A stretch of DNA of 64,000 nucleotides from Takakia lepidozioides (lineage: Eukaryota > Plantae > Bryophyta). The position numbers were made by a program, and so were the translations under genes. Below are positions 14,501 to 23,983 of this stretch, in pieces (within the stretch, counting starts at the first letter, position 1; each line of letters starts with the position of its first letter). The stretch is taken from positions 28,582,001 through 28,646,000 of the forward strand of contig CM060733.1 in NCBI GenBank assembly GCA_030704615.1. Direction: 5' to 3'. The notes below the pieces were generated by a model, which saw only the letters and a program-made list of their open reading frames with translations, did not search any database and was not told the DNA's origin.

Positions 14501-15118
14501 GCAAGAATCAAGAATTATTTGAGCAATGATTGGACCGGACACAATGATGGGAGACTTAGCAGCAGTGCCCTGTAACCTCTTCATCTCGTCCACCAATCCA
14601 TTGTACATTAACTCCGCCCAAGCGACATCCTCTCCCCTCAAAGTTTTCAGGATCTCCTCTGTGAAGGACCTGCTCAAATACTGTTGGTTCTGTTTCATGG
14701 CAAACAGAACGTTCAAGATTTGGCCAACTTCCCTAAGCCCTGGGTACTTGGCTTTGGTACAAGCAAAACCTTGAGTTTTAAAGAAACTCCCTTCTTGGAA
14801 CAAATTCCCTATCTGCAATCTTGCCCTGTGCTCATCCACCTCCACATGTCCTGATGGCAATTCAAACAATTGCTGCAGGTACTGGGGAGTAATTTCTATA
14901 TCTACTCCCCTCACCTGAGTAACTCCTGTCCGAGGCTCAAAGTTCTGAAGAAATTGTATCATGAACTGCCGATGATGCAAGGACCAGTCCTTGCGTAGCA
15001 ATCCCTCCAATCGCAGCTCCTTCAGTAGCTGCACCGCCTGTGGTGTAGCAATCGTTTGCTTCTATAAGATTGTGGTGCTCTTCACCCTGATATCCTCCAT
15101 TCCTCTCACTCTCTTCAT
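11571..15118 (-). pseudogene. Large extra ORF 3' of pol in element C (~1,160-1,180 codons when reconstructed)
   Basis: Track ORFs of 423, 290, 324 and 75 aa join through three single in-frame TAG codons (15062, 12894, 11886) and one frame change (~13770); ends ~15 nt before the PPT region. Confidence 0.75.
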
Positions 15119-18100
15119 TCTAGACAAACAGAAAGGTTTTGGTTGCAACAACTGAAGAAACGCCTGCAGGGCACAAAGCATAAAAGTATGGTTGGCGCAG
15201 AATGAAATGGGTAAGTGCTTGTAAGCCTGCGGGGCTTGCAAGTATCGGTTTAGAGAAAAGGTACTCTGCGTTCGTCCGTCCTTGTGCCACTGCGTAAGTA
15301 GTAATGCGAGAGTGTAGTCTGTTATTTCCGCCATAGCTTCAAAGCTATAGCTTTGATTGTCTCTCCTGACGAGACGCCCGTTACTTGGAACGACGCCGAC
15401 TCTTGCGCTCAGAATCCTTCTCAATTCTTGATTTTGCTTCTTGGAAAATACCCTGTGCAGGTAATTCTGGCTCATGATTGGCTGTTGGCTCTGCGATTGG
15501 TTTCGTAATTTAATTCCCTTTTCTGAACTCGAAAAGGGTTCCGTTACCCTGGTACTGAATGCATTAATGGGCCCACAATTAGTTGTTGTACCGGGTAGAT
15601 ACTTTGACGGCCAATTTTGTCTTCTTTCTTGATGACACCCGTTCTTGTACTTCATGTCCGGCTGTGTGTCTTGCCCTGGCGTCCACGTGTCCATTTCTAA
15701 ACGTGCCTCCGTCCACTTTTCTGTCGGCCACTCTCCGGATGTTAACCCACGTCCACCTGTCACTAATCCTATGGATTGTGTAACCCCAGTAGGCTGTGTT
15801 GAGCTGTGACAGGCTGTGTCATACTGTGGTACGCTGTGATAGGCTGTGTGGCACTGTGGTAAGCTGTGATAGGCTGTGACACGATGTGGTAGGTTGTGAT
15901 AGGCTATGTCACGCTGTGATGGGCTGTGATAGGCTGTGTGACACTGTGATGGGCTGTGATAGGCTGTGTCGCGCCGTGATGGGCTGTGATAGGCTGTGTG
16001 ACGCTGTGATGGGCTGTGATAGGCTGTGTCGCGCCGTGATAGGTTGTGATAGGCTATGTGACGCCGTGATGGGCTGTGATAGGCTGTGTCACGCTTGTAC
16101 TGCCCGCCCTGGTCATATACGCTCGGCCTAGCGACAAGTGCTCCATACTCCGTTGGTATCACTGGCGCAGCCCGTGACTGCTTCTGCGTTTCAACATGCA
16201 AATCGTGCTGCAATGGTTTGTCATGGATACCACTGTACCCCTTCAACTTATTGGCATTGACTCTTCCCAGTATCTCTTTGTTAATGGTTTGTAACATGGC
16301 GGTGTTGTTATCATACATCTTCTGTATGACATAAGGTCCTTTCCATGGTGATTTAAGCTTAGAAGCTTTAATCTTCCCCTTCTTCTGCAACCAGAGAACC
16401 AAATCTCCCGTCTTAAAAGTCTTTAACTTGTCTTCATCAAACTGTTCCTTCCTCTTCATCTGAATTCTGGTCATGTTATCAGCTGCATCAGCACGTACTT
16501 CTTCCACATGGTATAATTCATGTTTCCTGACCTTAATTGAATCTTCCAATTCCATTCTCTTTCCCCATTCCGTTCTCATGGTAGGTAACAAGAATTCCAC
16601 TGGAAGTAAAGCTTCCATACCATAAACTAATTGGAATGGTGTATACTTAGTGGTGACTTTATATGAAGTCATGTATGACCACAAAGCTGTCAGCAGCTTT
16701 GTATCCCAATCCGTTCTGTTTGCATTGACTATCTTAGCCAAGATAGTACATAGTATTTTGTTGGTAGCCTCTGCCTGCCCATTACCCTGTGGGTAATACG
16801 TTGTACTCTTCCTATGCACAATCATGAACTCTTTAGTCAATAGTTCAATGGTCTCATTAATGAAGTGACTTCCCTGATCACTGATACATTCCAAGGGACA
16901 GCCAAATCGTGTAAGTATGTTCTCATACGTGAACCTTGCTGTGGACTTGGCTTTGTTGTCCCTCAAAGCTTTAGCTTCCACCCACTTCGTAGTATAATCA
17001 GTGGCTGTAATTATGTACTTGTTCTGTGTATTCTTGGCTGGTGGGTTAATTGGTCCAACAAAGTCTAGTCCCCATTTCTGAAATGGTTCAGTAGGCATCG
17101 TAGGATGCAAAGCCATTTCCAGATCTCTGCAAAGGTCCTAGCCTCTGACATTCATCACAACTCTGACAATACTTGTGTACATCCTTGAACAAAGTAGGCC
17201 ACCAGTAACCTGCAAGTAGTATCTTCCTACTGGTAGTCTCTTCTCCAAAATGTCCTCCAGCCACTCCTTTATGAACTTCCTCCAAAACTTTATTTACTTC
17301 ATGGTGGTACAAGCATCGTTTAAGTACTCCATCAGGTCCTAGCTTATACATTCTGCCTCCTACCATAGTATAAGGTAAAGCCTTGATAGCGATTCTCTTC
17401 CTCTGCTCCTTACCATAACTAGGTGGGCACTGACCATGAGTAAGGTAGTATCTGATTGGCCACTGCCAATCTAACCATTCATCTGCACTTCCTTGCACCT
17501 CCATTACAAATAAACTCGCATCAGGTAATTGATCGTCTACTCCTGTGGCGGCCTCTCCTGTTGTTAGTCGTGACAAGTGATCTGCCACAGATGCAAACGG
17601 CCAGGCTTGTAAACAACTTCGAACTCAAACTCGTGCAAGATTATTAACCACCTCGCTATCCTTCCACTTATCAAAGGTTTGTTCACCAGATATATCAGAG
17701 CCTGGTGATCCACATAAAACATAAACTTTCTTCCCAATAGGTAATGCCTGAATTTCTTGACTGCATAAATCATTGCCAGTGCTTCTCTTTCAGTTGTGCT
17801 ATAGTTCCTTTCAGCACTGTTCATCAACCTGCTAGCATAGTACATAGGTGAATCTATATTTCCTGTAACATTTTGGGCTAACACCGCTCCCAACGCTTCT
17901 CCTGAGGCATCACAGTGAACATGAAATACTACATGCCAGTGAGGGTTAATCAGCACAGGTGTAGTTGTTACTGACAATGTAAGTTCCTCAAAAGCCTGTT
18001 GACATTCAGCTGTCCATGCAAACACTGCATCTTTCTTCAGAAGCTTGCTCAATGGTGCTGCTATCTGTGCATACCTTTTGACAAATCTTCTGTAATAACT

Positions 18101-21100
18101 GGTTTGTCCAAGGAATCTCCTTAGATTCTTACATTTACTGGTGGTGGTGAGGCTTTAATGGCCTCTGTCTTCCTGGGATCCACAAGAAGTCCCCTCTTAC
18201 ACACAATGTGTCCAAGAAGCACCCCTGAGTTCACACAGAAAGTACACTTCTCTGGATTCAGGCCCAGACCTCTCATTCTGCATCTGGCCAAACATAACTC
18301 CAATTTATGCAAGTGCTCATTCTTAGAGCTGTACACACTGAAATCATCCAAGAACACCTGCATGAAATCATCCAGATACTCATGAAAAGATTCACTTATC
18401 ACTCTCTGAAAGGTTGCTGGTGCATTACAAAGTCCAAAAGGCATGACTTTGTATGCATAAGCACCCCAGTCTGTGATGAAAGCTGTCTTTCCCTGGTCTT
18501 CTTCTGCCACTTGCACTTGATTATAACCACTGAAGCCATCCATGAATGAGTACATCTCATGGCCTGCCACAGTGTCCAATACCGCTTCTGTGAATGGCAA
18601 AGGGAAAGGATCTTTCTTCGTGCAAGCATTCAACTTCTTATAGTTCACACAAACTCTCAGTTTACCATTCTTCTTGGGAACTATCACAATGGGTGACAAC
18701 CAAGTTGTATACTCTATTGGGTATATAAACTTAGCCTCAGCCAACTTCTTGATCTCTTCTCCAACCTTCTGTGCATAGTTGGGATTCATTCTGTACCTTG
18801 CCTGTTTGATTGGTACTGACCCTTGTTCCAGTTCAATCTTTGCTGACAGATCTCAGGTGGTATCCCTTTTAGATCCTCGTAGCTCCAAGCAAATACATCT
18901 CTGTATTTGATGAACAAACTCTTAGCTTCCTCAAAGAATTCTGGCTCCAAATCAGCTCCTACCTTCACCATCCTCGGTTCCTCTTCAGTTCCCACATTCA
19001 CTTCTCTCACCTGCTTCCATTTCTCATTCTCTTTCTTCATAGAAATGTGGTGGGTAACTGCTGGTTTCATCTTCAATTGGTGTTGTTGTCACTACACCAC
19101 AGCAGATACCTTTTAAACAACTTAGGCCTTCCAGCTGCATCTCTGCAACCTGCTCCCACTCTGGGTGTGCAGCGAACAGAGTAGCTTCCTGTTCCTCATC
19201 CAGTCCTCCCCTCCAGTCATACTCCCTGACCCATCGAGGTCTTCTCGTAGCAGGTAATCTACTAGATTTCTTAGTGGTAATTTGTATCTTGTGCATCCCA
19301 TTATGCACAGTTAGTAACTGAGAATTCCAGTCATGGAATACCCTGGCCTGTTTCAGCCACGGACGTCCCAATAATAAGGAGTAAGCCTCCATGACTTCAT
19401 CCATTTTCAACACAGTTACTGTGATCATAAAGATCATCTTTTGTATCTGTATCTTAACTCCTCTTATCAATCCCAATGGCTGTACATTTCTTTGATCTGC
19501 CATTGTTACTGTAAATGGGGCTGGTTTCATGTTACTTAGACCAAGCTTCTGCCTTAATTGGTCTGTCATGATATTCACTCCAGAGCCTCCATCTATCAGT
19601 ACATCAGTTAGTTTGTGCTTCCAATTCTCAATTGGATTACTGGCATAGAATCATCAAAGTCCATGACTGTTTCTCGCCCTTCCGGCTTCACATTATAACT
19701 GGTCACCTTGCTGTTCAGGTCTGTGTTTTCTGTCACATGGGCAATTCGATTGATTGCTTGATACAGCCTGTGTCTACAATAAGGTGCCACAGCCAATAGC
19801 TGTCCAATGGTAATCTCTGCTTTGGTCTGGCATAATACTTCAGCCAAAGTCCCTTCATTACTCTGCATGTCTGCAGCTTCTTTCTTCCCTTCATCCCACT
19901 CACTTCCTCTTCTCTTTCAGAATCAGAGGAATCTGCCATAGGAATATCAGTACTCTTTTGCATTTCCCTTATGGTATCTGCCACTTCCTTGTGCAGTTCC
20001 TTCTCATCTCTCCAAGCCTCATCATCTTCAGGCACATCACTGCCATCTTCATTATCATCATCTTCCTCAACTACTGGAGGTATTATTTGGCTTTGCTTCT
20101 CGTTACTATCATTGTACTTACTTCTGGTACAACACATGGCCTAACCATGTGAGCGCCACCACTGGGCCCTCATTCACAGGAGCTCTCATCTCATTCTGGT
20201 GTCTAATCCAGAATGAACAGGCTGCCTTGCGATGTCCTGGCTGATTACAATAGTAACACAGTTCTTCACCATTGGGTCCTCGCCCTTGGTCTGCTCTAGC
20301 ATTATTTATGTAATCCTGATTCCCTGGCTGGTAATTCCCCCTTGGATTACCCTGATAGTTGCCTCTGGAATTTCCTTGGTAATCCCCTCTTGAATTACCT
20401 CTCCCTTCCATGCCATTGTTATAACCACCAGGCCTACCATAGTGGTCCTGATCACTGTTTCTTCTTGGCTGGGGCTGCACTTGATGCACCCTTACTTGCC
20501 TAGGTTCTCTTGCAGCTGTCCTTCTGTTGTAGTAACAATTCTCAGTAGAATGGTTATCCATCTTACAGATAGTACAATGTTTCTCCTTCATGTGGCATTC
20601 AGTGGTGGTATGGCCTTCATTTTGGCACTTTGCACACCAAACACCCTTCCTCCAATGTGTTGCAGCCTCTGTGGCATACTTCTTCAAGATTTCTTCTAAT
20701 CTTTTCTCATAGTTATCCCTCTTCAACTTCTCTTTTCTCTTACTCTTCCTTTTCAGTTTTTGCTCTTCTTCTTCATCTGACTCATCCTCAGAGTCCTCAT
20801 CATCCCTTTTCTCTCTCCTGAGCATTCCCAATTGCTCAATTCTGTTTGTTGTTTCAAATGCCTCCTCCACTGTATTATGGGGTAACATATCCACTTTCTT
20901 TTGCAACTCTGGTCTTAGTCCACTCACAAACCAAGTCTTGTGTAAACCTGGTGCTGGTACAGCAGCCAGCTTTTTCATCATCAATTCCATTTTTTCCATA
21001 TACTCCTCAACAGTTTCATGCTTCTTTTGCTTTAACTGTTGTAAACTTCCATACACTTCATCCTCAATTTTACTTGTCCTGAACCTATTTCGGAATGCTG

Positions 21101-22154
21101 TATTCAAGCCATTCCAGGTTATGAAATGATTATCAGGGAATCTTGCATACCATTCACTTGCTTTCTTGATAAGGGAACAAGGAAACAGTCTCATCTTGGC
21201 ATCATCGCCATTCTCATTGTTCACTATACACATGTGCTCAAATTGGCTAATGTGTACATCGGGATCCCCTTTTCCTGAATATATTGGAAAATGTGGTTTT
21301 GCTCGTGTTGGTTGTAACGCCATTTGTGGCCCTACCTTCTGCCCACTGACAGGTGCTGGCACCCTTGCTGGTGCTGGTCCTTGAGGACCTGTTGTAATTG
21401 TGGTGGATCTCCCACCAAGTGGTGGCCCCTGAGCACTCCCTGCTACTGGCCCCACGATATTCACAGTATTCCCAGCTCCAGTTGCACTACTTCCCACACT
21501 CCCTGTCCCCCCAGAGCCAGATCCAGGCTGCCCGCCTGATCCCCCTGAGCCGACACCTTCGTTGGCCTGTGATCCAAGTGCTCCACTTGATCCAGGTTCA
21601 ACGGGTTGGGATGTCCTGGTTGTAGTCTCAACCTCAGCTGTTGGGCCTACTTCTTCATACTCTTCCTCTTTCAATTTCTTCTCTCTATTTTCATCCTCCA
21701 AGTTCTGCCCTTGGGTTTCTTCTTCACTCATGTAACTCAACTGTACTGGTGTTGGAGAGTCTGAACTCTCCGTTGGCTCTGCCACATCCTCTCCTCCTTC
21801 TTCACCTTCCGTTTCAGAAACTGGAGTTCCTGCTTTTGGTGTTCCATGCCAACTCTTATCAAAGATTTCTGTCAAATCTTTTATCCAGGGATGTACCTCA
21901 GATCTTTCACCTCGTGATTGATCTTCTTCCCGTACCAATTCCCTTAATCTTTCTTGTAAAGAAAAAGAAGGAGTGACATCCAACTCTAGTTCTTCCGGTA
22001 TGGGTGATGTACTCTATGATCTTAATGGTGTGAGAGGTCCAGATGATTCCCCTATGTCTATTCCTCTCTCCCAAAGATATGAATAATTAGCTTTTAGATA
22101 ACTTTCTCTTTTTGCTGAATATCTCTGGAGTCTAGCTTCTCTTTCATCACTCAT
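15062..22154 (-). pseudogene. Element C gag-pol, frameshifted
   Basis: Gag with three CCHC knuckles, VLIDGGSGVN protease, WLSPIVIVPKKNGK / FLDD RT, CDASGEALG RNase H, HHCC and DDE integrase, WKGPY motif. Confidence 0.92.
15791..16094 (-). repeat. 30-bp higher-order tandem array (~10 units) encoding xxTAYHSPSx decapeptides
   Basis: Unit aggctgtgtc-gcgccgtgat-gggctgtgat; in frame with integrase. Confidence 0.92.
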
Positions 22155-22174
22155 GTCCCATGTCTTTCATTTCT

Positions 22175-22870
22175 TTAATGTGGCAGTAACCAAAACTCTC
22201 TTCTGTAGTATCTCTCGTATATGCCTGGGTTTCTTTCAAGCTTCAATGCACCCTTGGCTATATTAGAAGTCTCCGTTACCATATAACCATATGGCAAACA
22301 AGTCTGGAAAGCTGTTCTTGGTGTGAGTTTGATCCACAAAATATCCTTTGGAATCCAATTCTTTACCAGTACAAGCTCTTCATGCATATGAGTATAAACA
22401 TTCACCTTCCTTTCCTCCCAGCCTTCAAACTCTACTCGCTTAATAGATAGCAATGCTATCACATAAACCAGTGTTGGTAACCAACGTGCTCTTCCTCTAC
22501 AGGCCACCTGATAAATCTTTATCACTCCCTTCTCCAGACCCCACTCAGGGTCAGCATCATGCACTCTTTTAAGAATGTTTTCTTTACAACCGTCTGGCAA
22601 TTCCAAGAACCTCTGAAAGAATCGTTTGGACAATCTTTCCTTCTCAGTTTCACAGGGAATTTGATTCACATCAAATTCTTTAATTCTCCAACCACCATGA
22701 TCCCACCAGATGCCTGTCACATCTGGTTGTTCAAGACTTAGTTCCCCAGTATGGTCGCCAAATGTCGGGCGGTTTTTACTCACCCATCCCTTCGCTATCC
22801 GAGGTAGGAACTCCAAGATAGAAGAGTTGGAAATCTCTAAGCACTCAGCCCGCTCAGAACAATCAGTCAT
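22175..22870 (-). CDS. Extra 231-aa ORF upstream of gag, starting inside the 5' LTR; unknown function
   Basis: Uninterrupted 231 codons, globular and Trp-rich composition, crosses the LTR end and PBS, stops 20 nt before the gag ATG (22154). Confidence 0.5.
   Translation of the reverse strand: MTDCSERAECLEISNSSILEFLPRIAKGWVSKNRPTFGDHTGELSLEQPDVTGIWWDHGGWRIKEFDVNQIPCETEKERLSKRFFQRFLELPDGCKENILKRVHDADPEWGLEKGVIKIYQVACRGRARWLPTLVYVIALLSIKRVEFEGWEERKVNVYTHMHEELVLVKNWIPKDILWIKLTPRTAFQTCLPYGYMVTETSNIAKGALKLERNPGIYERYYRREFWLLPH
22741..22760 (-). promoter_or_regulatory. Primer binding site of element C, probably tRNA-Arg
   Basis: TGGCGACCATACTGGGGAAC 2 nt from the LTR; resembles the complement of the plant tRNA-Arg(ACG) 3' end. 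Confidence 0.7.
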
Positions 22871-23783
22871 GACCTACAGCTAGTGTATCATGGGGGTGTT
22901 TCCTATTTGTATTCCTTCCCGTATTCATGTTAGCAAGTTCCCTTACTATTGGCAATTTAAGTATCAGATTGCTTCAGCAATCTATCAGGTTCCATCAACT
23001 CATCCATCCATTCCACAGCTTCACTCAGGTCTCTCTACACAGTGTGAGTATGAAGTATGTATCAGATTAATTTCTATCAAGTATCAGGCTGAAGCCATGG
23101 CGTCTCTAAACTGCTCTACATTACAACTCTACAGCTTGCATTCATCAAGCATCAACAGATCGTCTCTCCTCCTACTTCGTGCTCTCCATCTTTTCGCTCA
23201 GAGATGCGCTCCCCGCCTGATCTCCCAGCCGTGGTGCCAGAAGTCCCCCTAGAAGTCCCTTTCCAGACGTCCCCGCTCTTGGCTTTATCTACCTACAAGC
23301 TGTTCTAACCGCTTTCCTAACTAACTGTCATCCCTGTAGTACACGTTCTTTTTTCAGATGTCGTTCCCCCACAGTCGTTCCCTGCCAATGATAACTGTCC
23401 CCCAGCTATGCCGAGCTATGACTGGCTGTATCAGGCTGTGTAGGGCTGTGACTGGCTGTGTCGGGCTGTGTAGGGCTGTGCGAAGTTGTGGCGGCTGTGT
23501 CGGGCTGTGACTGGCTGTGTTGGGCTGTGTCGGCTGTGTAGGGCTGTGTCGGCTGTGATGACTGTGACGGCTGTGTCTGACTGTGTCGGCTGTGTCGGAC
23601 TGTGATAGGCTGTGTCGGGCTGTGTACCCCCCCCCCCCCCCCCCCCCTAAAACCTGTTGTTGTCACCCCTAAGGCTCCTGTTGGTCTCAGTTTGTGTAAA
23701 AATTAAGGGTACCCCACAGATCCCGTAAAAGCGTCTAAGTTAGTACCCCACAGATCGTCTAAGTCCCAAGCAGCCCTCTAATA
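22763..23783 (-). repeat. Element C 5' LTR (1021 bp), with GGCTGTG array at 23404-23625
   Basis: tgtcgggc...ccctctaata; matches 10483-11531. Confidence 0.93.
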
Positions 23784-23983
23784 GCTCCCACCACCCCTTG
23801 TGGAGCCACCCCCACCGCAACCCGGTGTGCGGGGCTCCACCTAGTGAGCGTCTCCGCCTCCTTGAGTGCCTTGGGCACTCAAGGGTGCTTCAGCCCCCCG
23901 TACCTATCACTGCCACTGCCCTCACCACAGGGCAGCCACTCTTGCGTCTCGACCCCGTGCCCTCAAGGCAAAAGGACACGACA
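23784..23983 (-). repeat. Element A 5' LTR, outer part
   Basis: Resumes the LTR exactly after the duplicated gctcc; ends ...cacgaca (TGTCG on minus strand). Confidence 0.92.

Larger units (their letters stand above)
10483..23783 (-). mobile_element. Element C: full-length non-chromoviral Ty3/gypsy (Phygy/Athila-related, no extra RNase H) with extra ORFs 5' of gag and 3' of pol
   Basis: Two ~1.03-kb LTRs, TSD GCTCC at 10478-10482 and 23784-23788, PBS, PPT, gag-PR-RT-RH-INT. Confidence 0.93.
5216..23983 (-). mobile_element. Element A: Ty3/gypsy chromovirus (Galadriel-like), 3' LTR missing, 5' LTR split by element C
   Basis: Gag-PR-RT-RH-INT-chromodomain order, tRNA-iMet PBS, close similarity to element B; homology to B's 3'UTR stops at ~5216. 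Confidence 0.92.

Noticed and set aside
15056-15064. Programmed stop read-through between pol and the accessory ORF
   Set aside because: Context TAG-AAG-CAA does not fit the CARYYA read-through motif, and similar lone TAGs elsewhere in the element point to CAG>TAG decay; not fully excluded
11571-15118. True retroviral envelope gene
   Set aside because: No signal peptide or C-terminal anchor; only one moderately hydrophobic segment (VASIVMGCGLYYAACFLA); basic NLS-like tail
11124-16094. CRISPR-like arrays
   Set aside because: Contiguous tandem units without unique spacers; eukaryotic retrotransposon context; no cas genes
10610-23252. Duplicated gene MGVFPICIPSR (10610-10954 and 22890-23252)
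   Set aside because: Antisense ORF inside the two LTR copies; duplication is explained by the LTRs
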